A stretch of 64,000 nucleotides of DNA from the human T2T-CHM13v2.0 reference genome, Homo sapiens, in the NCBI RefSeq assembly GCF_009914755.1, contig NC_060932.1; one strand, written 5' to 3'. A program made the translations under genes and the position numbers. The notes beneath the pieces were generated by a model. That model was not told the DNA's origin. It ran no database searches and was given only the letters and a program-made list of their open reading frames with translations. This document shows, piece after piece, positions 44,624 to 59,523 of this stretch (positions are counted from its first letter, which is position 1; each line of letters opens with the position of its first letter).

Positions 44624-47058
44624 TGATATAGTTTGGATGTTCTGTCCTCTCCATATGTCATGTTGAAATGTGATTCCCAACGTTGAAGGTGGAGGCCCGG
44701 TAGGAGGTGATTGGATCATGGGGGTAGATCCCTCATGACTCAGCACCATCCCCTTGGTGATAAATGAGTTCACAATCTGTTCACTCAAGCTCTGGTTGTT
44801 TAAAAGGGTCTGGGAACTTCCCTTTCTCTCTCTTGCTCTGTCTCTTGCCATGGGATACACCTGCTCCCACTCACTTTCTGCCATAGTAAAAGCTCCCTGA
44901 GGCTTACCAGAAACCAAGCAGATGCTGGTGCCTTGCTTCCTGTACAGCCTGCAGAACCATGAGCCAACTAAGCCTCTTTCCATTGTAAATTACGCAGCCT
45001 CAGGAATTTCTTTATAGCAAAACAAAAACAGACTAAGACATAAAATTGGCACCAGGGAGTAGGGCATTTTATTATGGATATACGTAAAGACATGGAAGCA
45101 GCTTTGGAACAGGGTAACAGGCAGAAGCTGGAAGAGTTTGGGGGACTCAGAAGAGACCAGGAAGACAAGGGAAAGTTTGAAACTTCTCAGAGACTGGTTA
45201 AATGGTTGTGACCAAAATACAGATAGGAATATGGACAGTGAAGGTCAGGCTGACACGGTCTCAGATGGAAATGAGGAAATGAATGGGAACTGAAACAAAG
45301 GTCGCCCTTGTTACAAACTAGCAAAGAACTTGGCTGCATTTGTGTCCATGTTCTAGGGATCTGTGGAAGGTTGAACTTAAGAGTAAGGACTTAGGTAGGG
45401 TATGTGGCGGAAGAAATTTCTAAGCAGCAAAGGGTTTCAGAACTGGTCTGGCTGCTTCTAAAAGCCAACAATCAGATACAGGAACAAATAAATGACTTAA
45501 AGTTGGAACTTACACTTAAAAGGAAAGCAGAACATAAAACTCTGGGAAATTTGTAGCCCGGCCATGTGGTAGAGAAAGAAAAAGCATTTTCAGGAGAGGA
45601 ATTCAAGCCGGCTATGGAGTAAGCTATGGAATAATTGCATGCTAGAGAGATGAGCATGACTAAAAGGTTGCCAAGGGCTAATATCCAAAACAATGGGGAA
45701 GGCCTCAAAGTCATTTCAGAAGTTTTCAGGATGTCCCTCCCATCACAGAGGGCCTAGGAGAGGAAAGAAGGGCTTAGGGGGCCAAGCCCAGCTTCCCACT
45801 ACCCCATACAGCCTAGGGACACTGCTTCCTGCAGACCCACTGTTCCACCTCCAGCCATGGCTCAAAGGCCCACAAGTACAGCTCATGCTGCTGCTCCAAA
45901 GGGTGCAAGACATTAGCCTTGGAAGCTTCCATGTGGTGTTAGGTGTGCAGGTGCACAGAATGCAAGCATGAAGGAGCCTTGGCAGCTTACCCCTAGATTT
46001 CAGAGGATGTGTGAAAAGGCCTGGAATCCCGGGCAGAAGCCTGCTACAAGGATGGGGCCCATACAGAGAACGTCTACGACAGTAGTATGAAGGGGAAAAG
46101 TGGGCTGGAGTCCCCATATATAGTCCCCACCAAGTGGAGTTATGAGAAGGGGGCCACCTGCCCTCTAGACTCAACAATGGTAGAGCCATCAGCAACTTGC
46201 AACCTCAGCATGGAAAAGTTGCTGGCACTCAACTCCAACCTGTGAAAGCAGCCAAGTGGGCTGCACCCTTCAAAGCCACAGAGGCAGAGCTGCCTAAGGC
46301 CTTAGGAGCCCACTTCTTACACTGCTGGCCCTGGGTGTGGGACAAGGAGTCATAGGAGATTATTTTGGAGTTTTAAGATTTAATGACTGCCCTACTGGGT
46401 TTCAGACTTCAGTGAGGCCTACTGCCCCTTTCTTTTGGCAGATTTCTCTCTTTTGAATGGGAATGTTTACCCAATGCCTGTACCACCATTGTATCTTGAA
46501 AGTAGATCAACTGTTTTGATTTTACAGGCTCATAGGTGGAAAGAGATAGGTGTAAGATGAGACTTAGGACTTTGGACTTGATGTTGAAATAAGTTAACAC
46601 TTTGGGGGACTATTGGGAAGAAATGATTGTATTTTCCAATGTAAGAAGAACATGAGATTTAGGGGGCCAGGGGCAGAATGATATAGTTCGGATGTTTGTC
46701 CCCTCCAAATCTCATGTTAATATGGAATTACCAATGTTGAAAGTAGGGTCCAGTGGGAGGTGACCTGATCATGGGGGCAGATCCCTCATGAATGCCTCAG
46801 CACCATCCCCTTGGTAATAAGTGAGTTCATGCTCAGTTAGTTCACATGAGATCCGGTTGTGGTTGTTTAAAAGAGTCCAGAGCCTCCTCCTCCTCTCTCT
46901 TGCTCCCTCTCTTGCCATGTGATGTACCTGCTCCCACTTCACCTTCCACCATGAGTAAAAGCTCCCTGAGGCTTCACCAGAAGCCAAGCACATGCCAGTG
47001 CCATCCTTCTTTCCTGTACAGCCTGCAGAACTGTGAGCCCATTAAACCTCTCTTGAAT
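44624..47058 (+). mobile_element. MSTB-like MaLR provirus: 5' LTR 44624-45040, internal 45041-46678, truncated 3' LTR 46679-47058
   Basis: Two homologous LTRs starting tgatatagtt; polypurine tract agggggccaggggcagaa before the 3' LTR. Confidence 0.88.
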
Positions 47059-47399
47059 TAGCAGCATGACGTTCATGCTGGGGACTGGTGACAACAACTT
47101 CCTCTTCTAGTGGTTTATAAATAATCTGTCTGATCTAGAATTTGCATTAAACCTATTTATGCACACATGTTCTTTCAGCACCTTTCAAAGTTCCTAGATC
47201 ATTGAAATAATTCTGTGGTTCTACACTCAAACTCTCCCAGGATTTTACGCCAGGAGACATAAGCACTTGGGTACCCTTTGCATCTTCACCCATCTTGCGA
47301 AAGTTCATCCTCTTTCAGTCTGAAGATTAGTATTATTAATAGAGTACAAAATAAGAGCTTTCCCTGTCATAAATCAATGTTACACCTGGTACCAGGCTA

Positions 47400-48450
47400 G
47401 GCCTAGGCAGCAGCCCAGTACTTCCTAGTTCCAAGGGCAACTTTGGAAGTTTTTTTGTTTTTATTTTTTTAATCTGTACCATTTTTCAAAGGTTCCACTC
47501 ATTTGGGGCTTTAACCTTTTTGAAATTAACTATGTATAACCTTCTTGTTTTATATTAAAACTAATAATTATAAACTCAGAGAAATACTACCTGTACAACC
47601 ATTCTTTATTTGCTAGCCTGATTTTCTTTTTCTTTTTTAGCTTCCTTCCAACATGCAAGCTTGCCTGATTTTCTGTAACTCCTCACAAAAGATCATTTGG
47701 ATTAGATGTTCTTAATTGTATTTTTGACAGTTTCACAAACTTCCTGGGTCAATATGCTTTCCAAACTGTCCAGTAACAGCACCTATCTTTTTTGTTCCTT
47801 GGAACTTTCAATATCTGCTTTCTTAAAATTCTAGGTTCTATGTATGACAGGATCCCTCTCAACTCTCCTGAGCTCCAGCAATAAACAACTTGATATGACT
47901 GCTTTTTATGATGGTTCATTTCATTGCTACTTGGTTAATAATTTGTCTTTAATATTCAGAATTAAGTAAAGTTCTCAAGTTTAGGATAAATTAAAACTTT
48001 AAGAAAGGAAGTCAATAAACTGTACTTAGATTTCACTAAGCATTTCAGCCAGTATCTCTATTGCCACTTCCTGTTTTCCCATTTACACCAGGTACACAGC
48101 CACCATTTCTTCCACCCACTTAACGTGGCCTGTAACAAAAGAACACAATCATGTTATCTTTGTTCCTCTTTCCAATTGTGTTCTCTGGGATTTTTTCCTG
48201 GGGTTTCATGGATTCCCCTTCAGATGTATACCTTCTTAACATTCAGAGCCCACTGCCTCACCTCCTGGCAGGTCTTTCCTTTTCAATAGGTCTGCAGCTT
48301 TTCAACACTAGATTCCAATCTTGGGTCTCATCTTACCCAACTCCAGTGACACCTAAAACACACATTAATCCTTTTTTGTTAAAAGACCTGGCTCATTTTA
48401 TTATCCATGTTCTACACATTTGCAGAGAGACATCTGAGGGACTAAGTATC
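47400..48450 (-). mobile_element. Ancient CR1/L3-like LINE ORF2 remnant
   Basis: Minus-strand reading GVTGVG*DETQDWNLVL resembles the CR1 endonuclease motif GITETWWD..HDWN. Confidence 0.55.
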
Positions 48451-48937
48451 ATTTCTAGTTCCTGTACCAGTTGTTTTCTCCTATAAATTACTGGCCCTTC
48501 TTCCCTCCCAGAAAGAGTTCTCATGAATTTAAACAATTTCACTATTTCATCTGGCCTTTTTAGCCCTTCCCCTCAGTAATTAGGTTAAAGCTTTCTATCA
48601 CTCAGCTGGACTCTAGAAAATTACATTCTCCCTGACTATGTGAGATGCAGTGACTTCCAGCCAAGATGGTTCAGATATCAAAATCCCTTTCACTGACACC
48701 ATCCATAAAGCCAGTCAATTCTATTTTCAAGTCCCAGCAATTTATGAGAAGAAATGGTAAAAATGTCATCTATGCTCTCAAAGTCCTCCAGTTTCCTCAT
48801 CAAGTGTCATACTGCAGGGCAGGAGGCTTCCCTCAGCCTTTTTATATGTACTATCAAGAAGTTAAAGAAGGAAGTTCAGTTGGAAGGAACAAACAAATAA
48901 AAAATCAAGATGAATGCTGAATTACTGTTATCTAGCG

Positions 48938-49100
48938 CAGCGCTTCACAAAGGTTAGTGTGCACACAATCAACTGGGGATCTTGTTAAAATGCACATTCC
49001 AAGGCAGCAGCTTCAGGGTGAGGCCTGAGAATGTGCATTTCTAACAAGCTCCAGGCACACATGCGCTGCTGGCCTGTGGACAACACTTTGACTAACAAGA
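48938..49100. mobile_element. MER5A1-type hAT element
   Basis: ctggggatcttgttaaaatgca...tgcatttctaacaagctcc internal inverted repeat. Confidence 0.8.
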
Positions 49101-49319
49101 TTCTGATATCTACATAAAACAGGCTTCATTCATTCCTGAATCAGTCTAAACTTCAAGGATACCATAAAAATAAGCACTGGCCAGTAGCCCACAACCTAGT
49201 ATTTAAAATAGAAGCAGTATGGTACAGTGGAAAAGAGGTTGGACTTGGATCAGAGAACATTTGTTCTAGCCTTAGTTCAGCTTGGCTCCAAATTTTCCAA
49301 AACTTTTAGCTTTAGGAAG

Positions 49320-50950
49320 CTCAAGCAGGATAGATGAAGAAAAAAAAATCTATATCTAGACAGCAAAAAACTACAGAGAGGAGATCTTAAAAGCAGTCAG
49401 AGAAAAGAGAGATTACCTACAAAGAACAATTAGACTTAACAATATTGGTTTGTTGCAGGCTGGTCTCCCAGAAGAGAAGGTGGCCTCCTGCAAAGTTTCA
49501 GGGAAAACTGCTATGATTGTGTTTAAGGCAATCAAACCTCATCAACCACAAGGCTTGAACCCTGGTCCCCTGACCATGCCAGGAAAAAGGCTGGTGTTTC
49601 CCCAATCAAGAACAAACTCTGCCACATTATACAGACTTAGCCCCAATCAAGCCAGCAAGGAGGTAAGGATATCCTGCAGCCACACATGCTGAGCTGGGAT
49701 GAGTGAGCCAAGGTTCCATCACAGTATGGTCCTACTGTACTCTGGCCCCTGGTCACTCCCTGGAGTGCTGGTTTCTCCTGAAGTCTGAAGTTGGCCCAGC
49801 CAGGTAGCTGAACGTTACCCCAGGGGGACAAGGCACAACTATCACTGACCTTTCTCTGTGAGGTACCCCCCCAACACCCCAGAGCACTCCAGCAAGTCTG
49901 ATGCATATTCCCTGGCCCTTTGCCTTTGTTTGGATAATCTTCAAAATGCTGAGAATTAAACATCTAGCAAAACGGATTTTCAAAGCAAAAGGAAAATAAG
50001 GATATGTTCAGACAGACAAAAACAGAGGTGGTTTATCATCATCCAACCCTGATCAGAGGAACTTCTAAAGGATATTCTTCAGGAAAGAGAAAATAATTCC
50101 GTAACGAGGATATGACATGTAAGAAGGAATATTGAACAAAAACAATGGTAAATATGCATGTAAAACTACAGAAGCATTAACCAGGCAATTAGTAATGTAC
50201 AATCTGTAGGTTTAAAATAGAGATAAAAAATACCGGACAATAACAGACTATAACTGAGGATGGGGGCACAGCAGTTAAGTGTTCCAAGGTTCTTACACTG
50301 GTAGAGAGGAGAGTAAAGATAATGATTAGCTTCAGATCTTAAATTTAATATGCTTATGTTTTAAGGATAAGCATTAGAAAAACAAATAAAATATATAACT
50401 TCCATACTCTTTGGGGAAAAATGAAAGGGAGCAAGGGGGCCTTATTTAATCCAAAGGAAGAAGGGAAGGAAGGCAAAATAAAAGAACAAAACTAAAAAAT
50501 AAAAGTGAATTCAGATATATTTGTAATAATAAATGTAAACAGACTAAACTAATTCATTAAGATAAAAATTATCAAAATGAATCATTTAAAAAAAGTCCAA
50601 GTATAAGCTATTTATAAGAAACAGGCCTAAAGCCTTAGGACACAGAATAGTGAAAAGTAAAACAATGGAAAATCCCATACAAAGCAAATAACCAGAAGAA
50701 AACTGATATAGCTATATTAATATCAGACAAAATAGAAAAAAAATTACTAGAAGTAAAGAGGTCATTATATATTGATAAAAAATTCAACTCACCAAGAAGA
50801 TAACAATTCTAAGTTACTTACTGAATACAAGTTAAAAAAAATAACAAAAAGATAATTTTCAAAATCTATGAGTTGGACATTTTAAGACACAATTCTAAAT
50901 ATCTGATGGTTAAAAGATGAAATGACAATGGTATTTAGAAGAAAAATAGC
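49320..50950 (+). mobile_element. Old L1ME fragment (ORF1 end to ORF2 start) with an unassigned ~450 bp insert at ~49510-49945
   Basis: atcttaaaagcagtcagagaaaag and gctatattaatatcagacaaaatag motifs. Confidence 0.6.
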
Positions 50951-51491
50951 ACTGAATTCCTTAAATGACCATTCCTATTTTATATCACACTAAAAAAATT
51001 TTTAATGAATATTATATAGCTTACATACTCAAAATCCATTTATGGATAGATTCCTGTGACTTCTCAATGGTAGACACTTTGGAAGAGGTTAATTTGAGAT
51101 AAAAGGAAAGTAAGTGGGTAGGCTAGTAATACATTTTGGGTAAAGTCAATATAGAGTCTAAATTAACCAAGAAATTTGCAACATTTATTTCCTCTCCCGC
51201 TGTTTTTCATGTGAGAAAAAAAAACCCTATTTCTTTAAGTCACAGTCGGATAGATTTCTTGGGACCTATCGGCATTCCTGACGAATTAAGTCCTGACTTT
51301 ATCTCCACTGATCTCCAGTTTCAACACCTGGTATATCCCACAAACAGATCTGAAAAGACTGGGATGATAAGCCTTAGAAATGAAAGATTAAACCGAAGTA
51401 CCACAATCACTTTGCCCTCTTGCCAAGTGCTTTTTATAAAATAAATATAGACACAATTGATTAAACAAACATATTGAGTAAAAGAAAGTTG

Positions 51492-51750
<259 letters not shown>

Positions 51751-51941
51751 AGTTAATACTAGCATAATCAAGAATATTATACACTCATGGAATGTCTGAA
51801 ACAAAGTTGAAATCTCAAAGTGCCTGTTAAACTATTAATGTAATATGCAGGCACCAAATACAGAATTCAAGATCACTAATTTCCATCCTTGAGTGGAAAT
51901 CTGTGGAACTTACAAAGCACAATTAAGAATTTATTCTATGA

Positions 51942-52510
<569 letters not shown>

Positions 52511-52577
52511 TAGTAAAGCAAAAAAATTTAACAATTTGCCTACTTTAGTCTACTTCTAAATCATAAAATAGAAATGT

Positions 52578-52692
52578 CTTTTTTTTTTTTTTCTTTGCGA
52601 TAGGGTCTCACTGTGTCACCCAGGCTGGGGTGCAGTGGTATGACCATAGCTCACTGTAACCTTGGACTCCTGGGCTCGAGTGATCTTCCCAC
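52578..52692 (-). mobile_element. Truncated AluJ
   Basis: TSD aaaatagaaatgtctt. Confidence 0.85.
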
Positions 52693-52822
52693 CTTTTAAT
52701 ATATTTCATATTAAAATAGAAATGTCTTAAATAGAAAGTCTGTATAATATCCTCATCTACTAACCCAATGTATACACCTGCCATCCCTGACAAATCCAAG
52801 GAAGACATGTGAATTGCCTTTA

Positions 52823-53479
<657 letters not shown>

Positions 53480-53629
53480 TGCCACCTAAATCTTAACCAG
53501 GATATAAGTATACTTATTTCGAATGGCCAAGTGTCTGTTTTCTAATCCTTAAAATTACCAAAACATTTATTTATAAACATCAACAATAAATGGCACCACT
53601 TTATAGTTATTCAAACCAGAAGTCTGAGA

Positions 53630-54215
<586 letters not shown>

Positions 54216-56373
54216 TGGAATTCTTCCTTTATCACCTCTCACAGACAATACACCACACCAAGACCTGTCAATCACACGTCCTAAAAACATCTAGAATCCA
54301 TCCACTTTCCTCCATTTATTCTGCCACCACCTTGGTTTAAACCACCAATGCAAGAATCTCCTAGTCAGTCTCTATGCTTCTGCTTTTGCAGGAATATCAA
54401 AGTACATCAACCTAACAATAAGAGAAATAAATGCTCATTTCAAGTTTCTTTTCTGGGGTCAATATTTGGTAGCTCTGGAAATCTAAAATCCCTTAATTAG
54501 CATGAGAGCCGCCAGTGAACTTACAATGAACAGGTTGAGGCCTCTCATGGGTAACCTCTGAAACAACCCCTCTTCAAGTTTTCCAAGAAAAGTAACAATT
54601 TTCCTGGGTATGCTGGAGCCAATGACGAATCCAATCCATTTGCTAATTTGTGTTTATTGATGCAAGGGGATAAACCCGGAAAAATCTGGGCAGAAATGGT
54701 AAATTTGGGGCTTAATAAAGTTGCCTTAAAATATTCCTCTGTTTCAGAATGAATTCTAAGATTTATAAAAGAGACTCCTTGATTCCAGTGCATACATGAT
54801 GTGAGACAGATTCCTGTCATTCAAATGCATATTCTATGCATTGAATGGAGTATGCCCATCAGCCCAGGTTGCAAAGCCATGGGGCAGAGCACTAAACAAT
54901 TTGGGCACTCAGCAAGTTATAATTCAAATAAATATAAAACACATGGCGCCAACTTTTTCAGATGACTGATGCTCAGGAACAGTTGATGCCTCCTGACTGG
55001 ATAGATAAATGTTTTGGTTGCCAAGAGCTAGAGTTCTCTCTGAACACTGCCAGCCTATCACGTTGTTGTCTAATCAATGAATTCTAACAAAGCAGCATAT
55101 ACATGGAAATGCAAGTACAGGTTTCAAGGTTTGTGTGACACCACGGAGCTGTATGAGCTAGCCAAATTGAACACAAATTACTTCATCGAAATAACAGCCA
55201 GAACCAAGGAAAAAACGTTTCCCTGTATATCAAAAAGGCCAATATGAGTATTGGCACGAATGACTCATATCATACAACATGATGCCAATTCAAGTGTGTC
55301 AAAGTTCTCACAATTTAAATATGAATGTTCACCCACTCAATACAGAGCACCAACAAGTCTTAATATTGTTGGTACTAAACAAAGAATCTCCACTCAAGCT
55401 CTTTCCACAAGAAAAATGCATTACAAATTCAGTCAGAAGGGCATCCCCAAGTGTGAGTTACATAGTTAGGGCTCAGTTATTTAATAAACAACCCTTTCTG
55501 TGACTAAAACCTAATCACATCACCAAAAACATTTTTGAAAGCCATATCTGAGATACGTTTTCTGTGTATCGTATCTTCTTCTCTACAGTAGAAAAATGAC
55601 ATTTCGTACTGTGGACACACTGGTTAGACCAACATTACAGATTAGAGAAAGATGAATGTCTGGATCAAAGGGGTCGAGTCAACCCTTATAAAACAAGTGT
55701 AGACAAATCTTGAAGTCTGCACTTGTATTCCCACGTGTAACCTGCTTTGCTGGTATTCACTGATGAGACAACGTGACAGGCTAGCAGCACTGGAAGATCT
55801 GTGGCTCTCACAATCAAAACAGTGTGTCTGTAAAATGATTCAGCCCCCCTTTCCTTTTGGCATCTGAGCTGCAGACCGAGCAAGTTGTTTCTGTCACCAA
55901 AAATGCCCTGGGAACTATACATAGAGCCGAAGTGAGCTTTCTTATGAGACTTCCCTTGGGGACAGGTCCAGCATATCTGAAAGGGAACTGCTGTGAGACC
56001 ATTTTAGCTCAAGGGATCCCAAATCCTTACTGGGATGCTGGTGAGAATGAGTGCTCCGCTGCCGCACCGCGATTTCGACTGCAAAGCTTTCCAACACAAG
56101 GTCCACTGCGCGGGGAGCAAGTGTTTGGGAGGCAGGACCTTGGCTTTCCTCAGAATCAGGCCTTTCCGGCGGCCCCCCTCCCAGCCTTCCAGGGCATGGA
56201 GCTAGTCCTGTGTCTAAAGGAGTCGGCAGGAAAAAGGCGCGGCAATGCGAGTGGGTGGTCGCCGGCCTGCTCGGTGCCGCCCGGCGACCAACTCTGCGGC
56301 GCCGGCGCCGAGTGCCTGGACCCGATTAAGGGGAAGGATTAGAAAGGGGGTGCCCGCCGGGCAGCGTACTCAC

Positions 56374-56525
56374 CCTCCCCTGCGAACGCCCGGGCTCGCG
56401 TGCCGGGATCCACGCCCGGACCCCGCGCGGCCTTCCGGGTGAGCTGCCCGCGGCCGCCGGGACCTGCACTGCCGGATAGCTCGGCATGCCTCGGCTCCGC
56501 GGTGGAATCTGGCCTGGCCCGTCAT
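56374..56525 (-). CDS. NSMAF: Alternative first coding exon (MTGQARFHRGAEACRAIRQCRSRRPRAAHPEGRAGSGRGSRHASPGVRRG-G)
   Basis: 152 nt open from ATG 56525 to consensus donor GG|GTGAGT; phase 2 like exon 1, so it joins exon 2 in frame and adds 31 aa; fits my recollection of a longer annotated isoform. Confidence 0.75.
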
Positions 56526-56751
56526 CCAGTTCCTGTCCCCGGCAGGCTCCGGCCCAGACCAGGCCCCCGGCCTCTCACCCCGACCTCAGGTTTCCGCCAC
56601 AGCCCCCAGCCCAGGCCCTGGACACGCGTCCGGCCCCTGCCTCCGTGCCCGGCCCCCACGCCGCCTCCCGTCCCTCAGATCTCCGGCCGGCGTCCCCACG
56701 ACCGGCCCCGACTAGGCCCCCGGCTGGGCCCTTCTTCAGCTGGGCGCGCAC

Positions 56752-56810
56752 CTCTCCTTGGAGTAGAGCTGCAGCTGCTGCTCCTGCTGCTTCTTCCGGA
56801 TAAACGCCAT
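56752..56810 (-). CDS. NSMAF: NSMAF coding exon 1 (MAFIRKKQQEQQLQLYSKE-R)
   Basis: ATG at 56810-56808 inside the CpG island; 59 nt; donor AG|GTGCGC; matches the recalled FAN N-terminus. Confidence 0.97.
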
Positions 56811-57309
56811 GGAGGGTAGGCGCGGGCGGGCGCAGAGCGCACAGGCAGGCCCCGCCGCCGCCTGCCGAGGAGGTCCGGAGGAGCCGGGGAGGGCGGGATT
56901 GGTGGCCGGCTGGGGAGCGCGCGGCTGCCGGCCTGGCTTCCCCTGCGGCGCCGCTGGGCGGCCGAGAGCCCGACGCGGCGTCCCGGCCGCGCTCACCGCA
57001 GCATCCTCGCGTGGGGACTCCGGCGGCACCGTGACTCAGGCCCGGAGGAGGGGCGCGCGGTGACACGAGGCGCCCCAAACTCAGGCCGCCTCAGAGGATC
57101 GCCAGGGCCAGCGGCCAGACTAGGATCCGACCTCACACACTAAACGTTTCACCACTTTACCAACCATTGCAGGCTGCGTTTTAAATATTTTACGCATAAA
57201 AAGGGATGCTGGCCCATAAACCACCAATCTGTTGGCCACAAAGACTTGAAATAACAACGTTTTGTGTCCTCCATTGTGAAAAAAAAAAAAAGACGGAAGT
57301 TAAAGGGGT

Positions 57310-57656
57310 GAAGGCAACTCAGTCGTAACTATTCCAAATACACCAGGAATAAGTGGAGATTTATAGCCAAGGAGCAAGGAGCAGGTGTTCGGAAAACTGC
57401 TAAGAGGAAACATCAATTCTGGGGGAAATTCTGGCTGAACCAACCTAACAGGAGTCCCAGTGAAGGCAGGCCAGGGGGTCAGATACTAAGGGTAGGAGTA
57501 AAGAATTTTGATCACATATGGAGGGTGGGGGATTCTTGCTAAACTGCCGTGGCAGTGTTACTTCCTAACACTGCATTTACAAGGAAGTGCACACAAGGAC
57601 CTGGGAGAAGATTCAGAAGCCTAACTGAAGTTTGGCCAAGCAAAGAATCTTTAACA
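57310..57656 (-). mobile_element. MER31-like ERV1 LTR
   Basis: Reverse of tgttaaagattctttgcttggccaaacttcagttaggcttctga. Confidence 0.7.
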
Positions 57657-58253
57657 CAGTCTCTTGATTGTTGAGATAATTGCTCGCATGATTTTTTTTT
57701 ATATAACAGCTTTATTGGGATATAACTCACATACCAAACAAGTCAACCATTTAAAGTATACCATTCAGCGATTTTTAGTATATTTCCAGATATGTTCAAC
57801 AATCACCACAATTTGAGAACATTTTCATCACATGTAAAAGAAACCCATACCCTCTAGCTGTCACTCTTCCTAACTCTACCCTCCAAACCCCAGCCCTAGC
57901 AAACAATAATCAATTTCCTGTCTCTATGGGTTTGCCTATTCTGGATATTTCATATAAATGGAGCCATACAATATGTGGCCTTTTGTGTCTGGCTTCTTTC
58001 ATTTAGCGTAATGCTTTCAAGGTTCATCTATGTTGTAGCATGTATCTGTACAGTACTTCGTTCCTTTAGATTGCTGGAGCATATTCTGTTGCATTTTGTT
58101 TATCCATTCATCAGTTGATGGACATTTCAGTTGTTTCCACATTTTGGCTATTGTGAATAAGGCTGCTGTACACAGTCATGTACAGTTTTTTTATGGACCT
58201 ATGTTTCCATTTCTGTTGAGTGGAATTGGAATCTAAGAGTGGAATTGCTGGAT

Positions 58254-59138
<885 letters not shown>

Positions 59139-59420
59139 TGGGTCATATGGTAACTCCATGTCTAAATGTTTGAGAGACTGCCAGACTGTTTTCCAAAGTG
59201 GCTGTACGATTTAACATGCCCACCAGCAGCGTAGAAGGGTTCCAGTTTCTCTACATCTTTACCAGTATTTATTATTACCTGACTTTTGTTTAGAGCTATT
59301 CTAGTGGTATGAGTGGTATCTCAGTGTGGTTATAACTTCTTAATATATGCTGAGAATGAGCCTCTGATTGTTTACCTTTGAGGGATTCTTGAATAACACG
59401 CCTCTAAGTTTCTTTTTCAC

Positions 59421-59523
59421 GTTAAACAGGTAATGTGCCAAACTCGTAACAAGGTTCAAGGGCGGCACATCACACAGCTGCACATGAACACCCAATCATC
59501 ACACTTATGAACTACAAAAGGAT
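59421..59523 (-). pseudogene. U13 snoRNA (SNORD13) processed pseudogene
   Basis: Reverse reads ATCCTTTTGTAGTTCATAAGTGTGATGATTGGGTGTTCA...CCCTTGAACCTTGTTACGA..GGCACATTACC; short A tail; TSD cctctaa(g/a)tt; box D mutated. Confidence 0.9.

Larger units (their letters stand above)
56050..57130. promoter_or_regulatory. CpG island promoter of NSMAF
   Basis: Very GC/CpG-rich against an AT-rich background; GC box GGGCGG next to ATTGG (CCAAT) at ~56891-56902; AP-1-type TGACTCA at 57032-57038. Confidence 0.9.

Noticed and set aside
44468-46993. ORFs of 70-171 aa in the MaLR
   Set aside because: Chance frames in LTR/internal sequence with no gag/pol motifs
51230-51400. Non-repetitive, exon-like stretch with minus-strand acceptor-like sites in intron 1
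   Set aside because: No convincing donor and open-frame pair could be identified
55857-57078. Long overlapping ORFs on both strands in the CpG island, including a 73-codon GTG-started in-frame extension of NSMAF
   Set aside because: Stop-codon depletion is expected at high GC; no homology or initiation evidence is visible
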